Source: Guillardia theta CCMP2712 (Eukaryota > Protista > Cryptophyta). From it: a DNA stretch of 64,000 nt. Positions 1-12,602 of this stretch are shown here, in pieces. The notes beneath the pieces are model-generated. The model had not been told where the DNA came from. It saw only the letters and a program-made list of their open reading frames with translations, and searched no databases. Made by a program: the position numbers and the translations under genes. Each line of letters opens with the position of its first letter. Position 1 is the stretch's first letter. The stretch spans positions 634,911 to 698,910 of the forward strand of contig NW_005434673.1 of assembly GCF_000315625.1 (NCBI RefSeq). Direction: 5' to 3'.

Positions 1-2727
1 GCAAACAACAAGGGACGAGGGGCTGTCGAGCATTTCCAACAGCGGCAACACCTGATGATGAATGATCAAACTATGCTTGATCTCGCCATGGTATCGTAGA
101 AGTTGCTCAAGAGATTGACAGATCTCGCACTGCTCGACCTCTCCTCCCTCTGGTGATAGCTGGTTGCATAGTTGCAGCATCTCTGCCTCAACCAGTTCAA
201 ACCGTCTGCCTTGAAACAAATCAGGCTGACTGGCCTCTTCGTCGTTGATCCATTCGATGTCCGAGAACGGATCCTCCTCATCTTCCTCGTCAACGCTTTC
301 AGTCTTCTGCAGCCTCTGATTCACATACAGACGGCGCTGCAGGACAGACTGAAAACCCTCAACGTGCACGAGGTCTTCATTGCTGTCTTCCATGTCCAGG
401 TCCAAGAGTTCGTTGTCCGTTTGGTTCTCCATGTACTTGCCCATCCGACTTTGCCAGCTTGAGGAAGCTGCGGGTGGTATCATGTCAGTCAGAAAGAAAT
501 TCATGCCAGTGCCGCGTACCTGACAAACTCCCCATCGCGTTGTAGTTGTGGATTTTCTCCAAATCTTCCGGTCGGATGACTTGTGGTCTCGGAATTTTCG
601 ATTTGGCTGTTAGGGAGGAAGGAAGCTCGAGATCGCTGAGATCGAGGTTGTCAGTCTCATCACCTGTTTCCGAATAATGATGCAGAGATGAGCCGGTAAT
701 TTTGCTGTGCTGTACATTCATGATATTGTCTGACATTGCGGGAGCGGCGATCTCTTTCTCTGCTCGCTCCAGTCCCTTGCCAGCGTCAAAACTTTGGGCA
801 TCGTCATCTCCCCAATCCGCTTCCGTCTCGATGTCGATGTCCCCAGTGTTGGTGACATGTCTCAGCTGTAACTGAAGCAACACAGAATCGGGATCCTGAC
901 AACTGCAAGTCAAGAAATGCATTAATCTCCTCCAAGTGTGGCCAGTACCACTGAGGACGACGTGGGAGGTCCGACAAGGTCTTTGCCCCAGTCTAAGGCT
1001 TCCTCGTCATCCTGTGTGGGACAACAGCACAAATGTCATCTTGCAAGACACAAGAATCATCGCAAACAACCTCAAACCACTGCTGGATGCTCTTGTCCAT
1101 GTTCGGCTTCTTCGTGACTTTCGTTTCCCCTTGTGGGGGATTCCCGCGAGCTCCGCTGCGTGAGGTGCCTCCAAGTGTCTCGCTACTGAGCTCGATACCT
1201 CGCGATTCATGCAATTGTGCTGGTGTTCCGTTCTCACTCGCTCTCGTTGCCCCTTCATTAGCTGGAACAGCAGTAGAGGAGTGCTCTTGAGCTTCTGGAA
1301 CATTGCAATCTTCCTCTGCCATCCCCTGAGAGTCGCCTTCCTGAGCTACAGGAGGCAGCCCGACAGCCCTGCGGTACTTGTTTCTGCCTTCTACCAATGC
1401 CTCGAGAGCCGACGAGGAAAGGTTGTCCTATGTGAAGTCAGAACAAGACTAGGAGGGAAAGGGGAGGGGGGGGGGGGACAAGTACCTGAGGGCGTGGGAA
1501 CGTGACATTATACGCCCTCGGCCTCCGGCGTGCGAATTTACTTGCTCGTGCTCCATATTGCTCATGTCGGTTGTATCCATCTCCACCGCCTCTTGTCGTT
1601 AAACTTGAGTTTGAGATGTGGCTCCCTGTCAAGTTTGAACGCATACTTGCATAGTGAGCTGCTGAACCGTCCGGCCCCTCAGGCGTCCAAGACAACTTTC
1701 TGTTCGCCATGATGGCATTCGTTCCTACTGCTCGGGTTCCTCTTGTCTTTTTATCTCTCTGTGCTGCCTCATGCAGCTCCAGAGTGCGCTCTACAACCTC
1801 TGTCCAGTTCTGCCCTCGAGTGACATCCCCAGCATGGTTGGGCGCAAGCTCCCCAGAGATCGACTGTCGACGGGCGACCACGAGCGTGATCCACTTGTGG
1901 TCCAGCAACTGCTTCGCTGTCAACCTGGTGCTGGGGTCTTTGCGGAAGCAAAGCTTCAAGAAATCATCAAGCGCCGGCGACATGTCCTTGGGAAGGGGAG
2001 GGCAGGGGTCTTGTACTATGCGGAACAGGGCAGGCATGGCAGCGAGATCGAAGTAAGGAGGGGAACCTGTCAGCAGCTCAATGATAGTGGCTCCGACGCT
2101 CCAGATGTCAGAGGCAGGCGAGGCAGGAGACATCTCGATAACCTCAGGGGCCATCCAGTAGGGAGTCCCTGCCACATCATGGTAGTCTTTTCCTGGCAGA
2201 GCAGTGGCGTCGCCCATTCGCGTCGCAACTCCGAAGTCAGCGAGTTTGACTGTCCCCTCCTTGGTGGTCAGGATGTTAGCGCCTTTGATGTCTCGATGGA
2301 TGACGCCCTGAGTATGCAGATAGTGCAGCCCCTGCAGAACCTGCTCAATGTAGATAGCGATCAAACTCTCCGGGAGACTTCCAAACTTCTTGACCGTATT
2401 CGCTAGGGAGCCATTCTCGACATATTCTAGAACAATATTCAAATAGTCTTTGGTCTTTATCGAGGCGAGGTACTTGACAATGTTGGCATGATCCAAATGG
2501 TTCAGAAGTTCGATTTCTTTCATCATGCTCGAGATTTCCTCTTTTGCCATGTTATGAAGGGGGATTTGTTTGATAGCCACAACATCGCCGGTATCCATGT
2601 TCAAGGTCTTGTACACTTTCCCGTTGTTACCCTTACCGATGATCTCTCCCAGTTTGTAATTCTTGATAGTAGTGCCCGACTGATCTTTTGGGGGCAAGGG
2701 TGGAAGCTTGCCCTTGAGCCTTGGCAT
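1..2727 (-). CDS. Cdc15/Cdc7(SepH)/MAP3K-epsilon-like STE protein kinase, multi-exon, runs off the left edge
   Basis: ORF 1438-2727 has a complete kinase domain ([37 protein letters not shown]) and the Cdc7/Cdc15-type tail [16 protein letters not shown]; same-strand ORFs 993-1397 and 485-922 look like further exons. Confidence 0.85.
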
Positions 2728-3279
2728 GATGAAGGTTTCAAGGTTTCAGATGTGTCTTTTATGCGTTGCTACGGTATCAAGTCTCCTCCCAAAGCCCCAT
2801 GATGTCGTTCAGAACAAATCGAAAGATCCATCTGGACTGAAACCAACTTGAGTTGATTGAGAATGCCGACATTTCAAACGCTGAGAACAGACAACCTTGG
2901 CATATGCTCTCCACGCACACACTTGGTCCTTACTTGTTCATTCTTCATATCTTCTCACCTTCGATTCGCATCTCCTTCCTCTTGTTCTGTCCAGATCTTT
3001 CACCAACTCACCCCCCATAGTCTCCCGCCATTAGCAGCATGAACCCTACCACCCGTCCAAACATCCTAATAACTTTGGTGCTGTTGATCTTTCCCACCCC
3101 TTCTTTGAGCGGGATGTACCCCTTTTGAACACATGACCCCACCCACTGTCGATGACTATCACCCCTACCTCAGTTTCATAGTAAAACTACCCCCTTCTGG
3201 ACCCTCCCCACCTGCCTGAGCTTCAATTTCAACTGGCTGACTGGTAACTCAGGTTATGAGCCTCACGGTGGTTTATTAC

Positions 3280-5268
3280 TCAACGAATGACCTCATGTGC
3301 TCGTTTGATCTGGAGGTACCACCTGGGCATCTGGTTGGTGTATCCTAAGCCAATGAGACGGTAAGCGTACTCAGAAAAGGGGACGGAGCAACTGACCGTA
3401 GTGCACAAGGACTTCTTCACCCGCCTCCATTCTTGTTGCGAGCAGAGAAGCGTCAGTGGTCTCAGAAAGCTCCACCACTGCCTCTTTCACCTCCGAAGCG
3501 CCCGTATGCATTTAATGTGCCCAAAGCGAGGGTGAAAACATGGCGCGTACTCGGCGTTGGGTTGGAAACTGACGAAAGAATCAGATCGCCCTAAACTTTC
3601 AGCTTCCTTTCCCTCCCACCTGTGATTAGCCTTGTGGCCCAGACTCGCGCAGTATCGGTCGATGCTCGAGTGCTCCTGGAGTCAAGCTGAGTTGCGAGAG
3701 GGGAGGGGAGGGGAGGGACCGGAGGGACGTCGATGGCAAACTCCTCGTCCAAAGAGATACAATTCCCATTCATTTTCCAAGCTCTCCTGCAGAGCAGCCG
3801 TCAGAGCGCAGTCAGAGAGGAGGCAAGACAGGAAGTCCCTACTTGTCCACCACAGCATGAGGGTACCGGATGCCGTTGTAGAATGACAAGAGCTGGGAGC
3901 TCATCAGCTCTCGCAAGCTCTCAGAAGGTGCAAGCAAGCACCTCTCCCTCTTGTGCGCTTGTTCTCAGAAACAACCCTTCTCCCGCTGAACTGTGCTCAA
4001 GACGGATACAATCTATTAGCAACAGCACCTTCGTTTCCGCCTGCCACCCCCTCATCCTTGGTACCGCACAGGCTTGACGTACCAACCCTGCATCGCTGAT
4101 GCATGTCAACACTGGCAAAGAGCTTGAGAGCCTAGTAGGGCTCGTCTACCTCAGCCTCGTAGGGATCGGGCAGCAGAGGACTGGAAGAAATGCTTTCTTG
4201 TGTGGATTCGTCGCAGCAGTAGATCAGCGACCGCCAGTCCTTTTCTGGCCAGTGAAGAGGAGGAGAATCTAGCAGAGATGTTGTGAGACATGAAGCAAGC
4301 ATCGAGCTTTATCTTCACCTGGAGTCTTTCCGAAGTACTTTGCCTCTTTCATGTCTCCATGCTTCCACTGAGCAGCAACGTCAGCACCTGCTCTTTACAT
4401 CAACGCTGTCCTCCCAATGTACCACTCCATTCAATCCTGATTTTCCATCTGGATACCAGTATTCAGCCTGCAGGACAATCTCATCATCTTCTCTTGTGAT
4501 CGTGTGAATCACCTGACCATGAAGCTCTCCGTTGACCCACGAGCCGTACACCCTAACCATGTTCGTCACGACTAACAGAATTGTCTCTCAAAATCCCAAC
4601 CGTCCACCATCCAGAAAGTTCAACGTCCCCATCCCATTTCTGACACCGTCCTGTATTTGGATCAGCTTGAAATGAGCTGAAACGTGATTCACCTTGAATT
4701 CTCCCTGGTAGACAAGAAATCCCCCAGGAGCAACTTCTTGCCCAGGTCTGCACATACAGGATATGAAAACGAAGCCACCACAAGTTCTCCAAACCCGTTC
4801 AGTAATCCATCTTTCCAGCAGCCGTGTATCCTGTAACCCTCATCGTCTACGTATTCCCCCTCTCCCTCCATCTGCCCATCCCTCCAGATACCCTGTTGCC
4901 ATCCCCCGTCCGGGAAATAGATGGTTCCTCGCCCTTCCTGTGCTTGTGTCAACAAGAAGACAAGATCAAGTCTGGCAGTAGAAGCTGACCAGCATCCCAT
5001 CTTTGAAACGACCTTCGTAGCGAGCCCCATCTTCATCCTCCTTCATCCCTCGTTTGTACGGACTCATGACCGCAGCATTGCGTGACTTTCTGGCAATGGA
5101 TGAATTTCCTGATTTTCTCTGCTGCTTTCTTGATGTGCCATCAACTCTCTCCGCACTGTTCGGCTTTCTCTTGGATCGCTTCACGTCTTGGTCCTGCTTC
5201 GTCGTCTCCCTCCCTTGACTCTGCGCGTTCCCCGCCTGCCTTCTTCCTCGCCTGACTTCACGTGCCAT
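3280..5268 (-). CDS. SETD7: SET7/9-like lysine methyltransferase (MORN repeats + SET domain), multi-exon
   Basis: MORN repeats (GRGTIYFPDGGWQQGIWRDGQMEGEG); exons read by hand: DESTQESISSSPLLPDPYE (~4150-4225), SSAGEGLF, SFYNGIR, MNGNCISLDEEFAIDVP, SFQPNAEYAPCFHPRFGHIKCIR (~3500-3570), GEEVLVHYG, MPRWY; colinear with SETD7 motifs. Confidence 0.85.
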
Positions 5269-5416
5269 CGCAGTTTGGTCGGGTTCTAACCCTCATACCG
5301 TACTCATAGCAGTGAGAAAAGAGCGAAAAGACAGCAAATGGATGCCTATCAATCAAGTTGATGCCTTTTGTTGTTGAGCTAAAACTTTGACCCGCAATCA
5401 CCAGGTCTCAGAGAAC

Positions 5417-8400
5417 ATGGCGAGGTGTCTTGGCTTTCTCCTCCTCCTGCTCGTCCTCCTCCCGCCATCTCTCCATCTTTCACCCTCGCCCTCCTCCTCC
5501 TCGCCCTCCTCCTCCTCGCCCTCCTCCTCCTCCTCAGGCTCTTCTGATCCTCGCTTTGCATGTCGCAAACGGGAAGAGGCTGTTCGCCTCGTCTCTCGTG
5601 GTGAGGTCCTCCAGGGTATTCAGCTCCTCCAGTCTCTCTCAAGCTGCGAGCATCCTCCCCTCATCTCCATTCAACTCGCGCAGGTCCTCAGAGCCAGCGG
5701 ACGCGAGGCCGAGGCAAACGCGCACCTCGAGCGCTTGTTGTCATGCCCTCGCTTTCAAGCGCTAGGGTTCGTGCAAGTATGTTGGCGTGAGATGCGAATG
5801 ATTCATGCAGAGCATGCTCGCTCACGCGTCGCCTTGGATACTCTTCTAGAGGATGCGCCGGTGAGAACGTGGAAGAGAGCAGAGGAAGTTTCAGCTGCAA
5901 TCCATCGAATCCTCGGGAAAGATGAGCAAGACCCTGACCATCGTCAGCAGAGCTGGCATCTAAAGCAGGCACTTCGTCTCAACCCGCTGTGGCGCTCCGA
6001 TCTGCCATCAAGCCTGTGCGACGCGCACGAGATTCTTGCGGGAGGAAGCGACTTGTACCTGGCTTATCTCGAGCCCTATCGCTGCCTTGCCTCTCAGGGT
6101 CGCGTGCTCCGGGCTGTGCGGGTCCTGCATGCCGCAGTGGCGGAGAAGCCGGACTGGGCGTGGGCCCTCAACGAGCTCGGCGCCAAGTTTGGCTTCTGGC
6201 AGGAGAGGGGACGAGCAGCGGTTCCTCTCCGTCTCCTCGAAGCTGCTGTCGCTCTGGAGCCCCAGGAAGGAATCTACGTGACTAACTTAGCTCTCGCACA
6301 CCAGCACGCGGGTCAGCTCCTCCAGGCCCTTCAGCTCTCTCGCTCTGCTGCAAGGCTCCTCCCTTCCCACCCTCAGGTCGCCTCTCGTCTTCTTCCATCC
6401 AGGGCCTGTGAACCCTGCTGCAGGTCTGGATGCAACTCGGAAGAGCGGCTGAGGACGCAGAGGAGATGGAGATTGCGGTGAAGGCATACCGGAGAGCAAG
6501 CTTGCTGGACCCGCGGGAGGAGGACGCGTTCTGCTCGTGGATGTCGCTCAAGACCTCGCTGTGCTCGTGGTCTGGGCTGGAGCAGGAGATGGAGATGCTC
6601 CAGCAGCGGATGCAGTCCCGGGTGCTGACGAGGAGGACGTGGGGAGGAGCTTGCGACCAGCCCTTCCGCCTCTTCCCCTACCCTGTCGGTGAGCAGCTTC
6701 TGCTCCACTTGGCGCGGCATGTCGTAGAGAAGGAGAGGAGCGCGATCCCGCCGGATCAGTTTCTCACCTCCTCACTCCCCCAGCTCGGCTCGAACAAGAG
6801 ACTTCGCGTTGCCTACATGTCCTCCGACTTTGGGAGTCACACGGTGAGAGGTTGGAGTGGAAGGGAGGCGAAGGTGAAGAGTCTCTGCCGTCCTGCAGGT
6901 GGGCATGCTTGTCCGGGGTCTGCTGGACCGGCATGATCTCAACAGGATGCAGCTGTTTGCGGCAAATCTCAAGACTCCAGGGGATCTGCACGAGGCTCGA
7001 GCTAACAAAGAGAAATGGCGGGAGACGATGCGGGAGAGGTTCGAGCTCTGGGTGAGCTGGGTCCCCTCCCTCCGGTCCTGCCTCACTCTGCCCTCAAGGT
7101 CGACCTTGAGCTCATGGATGACTCGTCGGCTGCTCTGGCGTTGCAGCGACTCAAGGTGTCCTCTGATTCCTCCCCTCGCTCCTGCCGCCCCCGACTGTCT
7201 CCGTGTCAGATCCACGTCCTTGTAGACCTCAACGGGCACAGCAAGGGCAGCAGGAGCGGCATCCTCCTCCGCCGACCTGCTCCTGTCATCGTGAACTTCC
7301 TCGGGCAAGTGGGAGGAGGAGCAGCTGGAAGGCTGAGCTGCTTCCCCTCAGGTACCCCGCGACCTCCGGAGGCTCCGCCGGCTTCACGCTGGCAGACAAA
7401 ATCGCAACACCTCCTGAGCTGACGACGAGCTTTACTGAGAAGGTGAAGTGAGAGAAGGACAGAGAAGAAGACTAGGAAGGAGGAGGAAGCGGAGAGAAGG
7501 AGCTCAGACTGCATGGCAGCTGTTGTTTGTCAGTCCCTCCTACCTCGTCAACGATCACAAGCGTCTCTTTCCTCGGCCCTTCCCCCGAGTAGCTGACGAG
7601 GATGGGATGTTGCGATGTGGAAACAAGACATGTCTGACGGGAGGAGGAGGAGAAAGGAAGATGGTGTTGGCAAACTTCGGTCAGATGTACAAGATCGACC
7701 CTTCTCTCTTCCTCCTCTGGTGCGACATTCTCCGCGAGGACGCTGATACTGTAATGCTCTCTCGCTTTCTTCCAACTCTTCCATCTTCTTCTTGCTCCTG
7801 CTCCTGCTCCTCCTGTTCCTGCTCTTCCTCCTCCTACCTCACATCCTCTCTCTCAGATTCTCTGGCTGCTAGAGTTTCCTCCCGTCGCCTCCAAGCGGAT
7901 CAGAAGACGTTTCCTCAGCACCTGCCGGCTGCCTCCCAGCAGGCTCGTTTTCTCAGCTATGGTAGGAGCCATCGCTCTTCTCCTATCCGTCCTGCCTCCT
8001 CCTCCTCTCCTCCTCCTCCTCTCTGACTCTTGGACCGGCACAGCTGCCCCTGCACCTTCACGTCCCCATCAAGAGCCTCGCTGACCTCGCTCTCGACACC
8101 CTCCTCTTCAACGGTCACAGCACGGGGCTGGACACGCTCTGGGCAGGTGAGGGGTGACGAGGAGGAGGAGGAGCAGCAGCAGCAGCAGCGCAGGAGAGGG
8201 AGGGAGGAAAGGTTCTGACCAGCGCCATGCTCGCAGGGGTTCCGATCGTCACCGTGCCAGGGGATCGCATGCATGTGAGTGTTTCTCACTTGCTCTGAAC
8301 CAGCTCACATTTAGCAGCGGCGAGCAGGAGCAAGCATGGCTCATGCAGCAGGAGCGACAGTCTGGCTAGCAAGGAACGAGCGAGACTACCTCGAGCTCGC

Positions 8401-8699
8401 ACGGAGATGCTTGCGGCAGATGAGGAGGGGAGGACCTGCTGCTGCTGCTGCTCGCTCGTTCCGCATCAGCGTCTCCTCCTCCAGACTCTTCGACATGCCA
8501 GGGTGAGGGAGGGAGAGGAGGGGCAGACGAGCTGAGTCCGAGCAGGTGGACGCGACGTTACGAAGCAAGTCTGCGGATGTTGTGGGAGATGAGGAGAGGG
8601 AAGGGGAACCGAGCTTTCAATGTAATCGCTGATGTCCTCTACTCCTTGTCCGATCTCCCATCCTTCCCTATCCATGACGCCAATGCTCCCTCCTCTTAG
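5417..8699 (+). CDS. TPR + glycosyltransferase family 41 (OGT/SPINDLY-like) protein with N-terminal signal peptide, multi-exon
   Basis: MARCLGFLLLLLVLLPPSL leader; TPR-like helices; GT41 motifs LRVAYMSSDFGSHTV, IHVLVDLNGHSKG, RRPAPVIVNFLG-YPATSG, LANFGQMYKIDP, DLALDTLLFNGHSTGLDTLWAG. Confidence 0.85.
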
Positions 8700-8799
8700 C
8701 GGCTGCCTCCTCCCTCGGCAGTCTCCTCCCTCTAAGCTGATGGGGGTAGACGATCCTGCCACGGCAGAGCTCCAACAGCGAAGGATGAGGCGACCTCGA

Positions 8800-9852
8800 A
8801 GAGGAGGAAGAAGGCGCCGCCAGCTGAGAGGTCGCGAAGAGCCAAGCTGGCTGTAGCTGGAGGTTCAGAACGAGAGGAGGAGGAGGGGGAGGAGGAACGA
8901 ACCATGAATCCAACCTTGTGCTCCGTCTGAGCCTGAGAAGCTCCTGGTGACAGTGTCAACTGCTTCTTGCTCCTCCCTCTCCCTCTCCCTCTCCCTCTCC
9001 CTCTCCCTCTCCCTCTCCCTCTCCCTCTCCCTCTCCCTCTCCCTCTCCCTCTCCCTCTCCCTCTCCCTCTCCCTCCCTCCCTCTGCTCTTCATCACCTGA
9101 CGCCTTCCATCAGCCTACATACTCCCATGCTCAGCACGCTCGCTCGCTCAGCTGATCGTCGAAATCTCGCGGGACGTGATGCATCTGCTTCATGTTGACA
9201 TCTGTCCTCCGCTCCTTCCCTTCCTCACCCACACTTTCCCTTCCCGCTGTCCCTACATTCCTTCCCCTCCCCTCCCCCTAGTATCTCCTTCTTCCTCTCC
9301 CTGGTTCTCAACTTCTCTTTCTTCTCACCATCTTTCTGGCCAGTCCACGTCAAGAACTGGCCGTCAGTACTCAGGACGCAAATCTGACAGCATTGTCAGC
9401 GCGTCCTCGCAAGGACTGATCCACTTGCCATCGTCAACACCAGCATGCCAAAGAGGTAGGCCATGAAGAAAATTTCCTCCTCTTTTTCCTCCTGCCCGTC
9501 CCCTTCCACCTCCTGATCGTTGACATGCTCCGTCCCTGATGCAGCTCTGGCTGAAACCTCATGCTCCACCCGAGCTAAAGACCCTTGCAGTAGCTGAGCA
9601 GGTGTGAGAGGCGAGGAGGAGGAGGAGGAGGAGGAGGAGGAGGAAGGACTCACGCAGGATAGACGAGGCTCGAGGTCGAGGAGGAGGATGCAGCAGGAGG
9701 CGACAAGCGACTCAAAGGGCCCTGGATGATGAGCAGCGATGGTGATGTAGAACTGAGAGAGAGGTGAGGAAACACCATGAGAGAAGTCAAGATGAAATGC
9801 TGGGTCGACAGAAAGACATTCAACGATGGTGGAAGGACGAGCAGAAGAAGAA

Positions 9853-9887
<35 letters not shown>

Positions 9888-11230
9888 TAGCAAAGGAGCA
9901 GCAGGAGGTGGAGCAGAAGGAGCAGAGCAGGAGGCAGGGAAAGAAACTCACGGCGAGGAGGAGAGGAAGGAGAACAAACTTCCTCAAGAGGACGCAAACC
10001 CAGCACTGCAAGTTCAACTGGAGATCAACAAGAATGAGGGGCGTCGCACTGGATGGAGAACATGACCAGGAGGAGGTAGTTGTTCCTGTCGCCGGCTCTT
10101 GGTGTCATCTGCGATAACCATGAAAGGAGAAGGAGACAAGGCAGTAGCTGTGAAATGATTTCACTCGCTCATCACTTGTTTCGTAGCAGTAGAGACGGCG
10201 GCTGGCGAGAAGCAGAGCAGAACAAGGAAAAGAATCCACTTATTCCCCTCCCAGGTAGCTTTCTAACGAGAAATCAGGATCTGACTGCAGACTACGAGCA
10301 GGAGCAGGAGCAGGAGCAGGAGCGGGATCAAGATACACAGGAGCAGGATCACAGCGGGAGGAGAAGGAGTAGGATCAGGAGGAGTCAGCAGCAGCGGCAG
10401 GACCTTGGGGATGGTGACGAAAGGCAGGGTGGAGTTGGAGGACATGTTGAGCTCGGAGGGGAACATGAAGCTCATGAAGGACGAGCTGCAGAGGGAGGAA
10501 GTGCGGACGAGCCTCCAGTCACACCACAACCTCCAGCAGAGGAAGACCTGCTCAGAGTCAGAGGGGCAGGACATCACGCCAGCAGACCAGGAAAAGAAAG
10601 GAAAGAGAGAGGAGGAGTAGGACGAGATTTGCTCGCAGACTCGTCCTGGTCAGGTGGTACGTGTCCTTGTCCTCGCTGCCTTCCACATATCAGCTGAGCA
10701 AGCCTGACTCAGAAACACACGTGCTGGACTCGGCTGCCTTGTTGCGAAGAGACAGTCTTTGCTGATGGAAGAGGGTCCGTTCTGCCGTGAGAATGGACTT
10801 GGCAGGCAGTCAGGCATGCGGGAGGGTCAGTTACACTCCAACCTTGAGCTCTTCTGCAACGGCAACAAGCATTCTCAAGAAGCCGAAGAAATAGCAGACG
10901 TAGCCGAGCGACTCGCTTCCTCCCCAAGGGATTCTCTGACTCGAGGAGAAGGATGATTGCAGTTCCTGGGCAAGAAGGTCAAATCGATGGACGAGACTCC
11001 AAAACACCAGCGAGTGATGGGAAGTTCGATACGAGAAGTGACTAGGCAGCTACAGCTCGATCAGGAACAACTTCAACTTGAGAGAGAAAAAGAGCGCTGA
11101 ACAATGACAAAAGCCGAGCGATCAAAGAAGCCGAGCGATCAAAGAAGCTCACATATTGACGGATGATAGACCACGAAACGAGAACTTGAAAGATCGTTAT
11201 GCTTGCAGACGCCAACACCAACACCAATCT
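8800..11230 (-). CDS. Hypothetical multi-exon membrane protein; may continue the 11472-12281 exon
   Basis: Hydrophobic exon-like segments with AG/GT borders ([60 protein letters not shown]); no recognised domain. Confidence 0.3.
8973..9074. repeat. (CTCCCT)n microsatellite
   Basis: About 17 perfect hexamer copies read directly. Confidence 0.95.
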
Positions 11231-11471
11231 GCGATGGCTTTATAACATTCTCCCTTCAGTATTACCTTCATACCTGCAAGAATCGTTTCGTCCCACCCCA
11301 TCAACCCCCACGCAAGCCATTGCTGATCAAATTTTCAATACAGAATCGCAAGACAAGCAGTCACCTACCTAGGAAATGAATTCCTGGCGCTTTCGCGCAA
11401 GTTCGATAATAGTAAAAATCGTTTTCTGCTGATATCACATCAGGCGACAGCATTGATACCAGGGAGCGCGA

Positions 11472-12281
11472 TCAACCTTGAGAGAAAGTGAAGGGTTGAC
11501 TCGAATTCTCGTTCCTCTTGTCCATCGTCCCATCCTCTTGCGTATCCCCCACTTCATCGCCGGGACTGAATTCCTCCACCTGACTCGTTGCTGCTGCTGG
11601 CTGCTCCTTCTGCAATGAGTCGACTCCCCATGCATGACTCGTCCTTGTCTTATCTTCATTGGCAGCCTCGACATGCTTGGACTTCTCCCATGTCGCACTG
11701 TTTTCATTGAAGATGATAGGTTGGTTAGTTGCTTTTGAGTAAGGGTTGATGTATCGCGCTCGTTTGGCTATGACTGGACCTCCAATCCTACCCGGGCGAG
11801 GGCGCGGTTGAGCTCGAGAAGCCGATTCTCTGAAGGCAGCCGCCATGCCATCTCGGCAGAGGAACTCGAACGTGTCTCTGTGGACCTTGAACCCGTCCGG
11901 CAGCCGCATTTCGCGCTTCAACACGTTGACGTCGATCACCTTGTCGTGAAGCTTCAGCTCTTCTTCGAGCGCGAGCTTGAGGGCATGCACATCGATCTGC
12001 TCCTTCTTCCTGAAGTATTTGTCCCAGAATACCGCCGCTTCTCCTGCATTACCATCGTCGCGACTGATCGCTTCAGCTCTGGGGGGCACCGGACCCTCCT
12101 CCAGTGAGGGCTGCACGCGCACGTGGCTTTGGAGGATTCGTCTTGCCCTCAGGAGGGACCCGTGTGGAGCCACCGCCTTCTCCTCCTCCGCCCTGCCGCC
12201 TCCTCCCCTCATGCCCTCCTCCTCCCCCCCCTCCCCCTCCCCCTCCATCGGCTTCACCGCCATCGCTAACCGCCCTCGCAT
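11472..12281 (-). CDS. Hypothetical protein (long first exon)
   Basis: 269-aa ORF with protein-like composition, just downstream of a GC-rich promoter-like tract. Confidence 0.45.
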   Translation of the reverse strand: MRGRLAMAVKPMEGEGEGGEEEGMRGGGGRAEEEKAVAPHGSLLRARRILQSHVRVQPSLEEGPVPPRAEAISRDDGNAGEAAVFWDKYFRKKEQIDVHALKLALEEELKLHDKVIDVNVLKREMRLPDGFKVHRDTFEFLCRDGMAAAFRESASRAQPRPRPGRIGGPVIAKRARYINPYSKATNQPIIFNENSATWEKSKHVEAANEDKTRTSHAWGVDSLQKEQPAAATSQVEEFSPGDEVGDTQEDGTMDKRNENSSQPFTFSQG

Positions 12282-12602
12282 TTTTGACTACGGATCAGCT
12301 GACTTGGATTTTTCCTGGATTGAGGGTGGATGAGGGTACACTTAGTACGGGTGACTGGCGGCGGCCCTCTGCCCGGCCAGGCCGAGGCCCGGCCCGGCGG
12401 CCACGCTAAATGGACAGGTGAGCGGCTGACCAGCGGGCCGCGCTCAGCTTGACAACACCCGGTCCGTCAGTGCCACGGTTACTCAGGGAGTTTGCGGGCC
12501 CGGGGTGACGTTGGCAGGAAGGCCGTGACTAAGTTCTACCGAGTGGTATGCATCGGGTAATATCCGTCAGACTCTCTGGCAAGTGATCGGAAAGCTCGTT
12601 CG

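Noticed and set aside
1709-2802. Plus-strand ORFs opposite the kinase, and similar shadow ORFs elsewhere
   Set aside because: Antisense to well-supported coding exons; expected in GC-rich coding DNA
8947-9198. Low-complexity ORFs (SLSLSL, LPLPLP, and similar at 19532-19853, 20544-20918, 42161-42514)
   Set aside because: Translations of microsatellites
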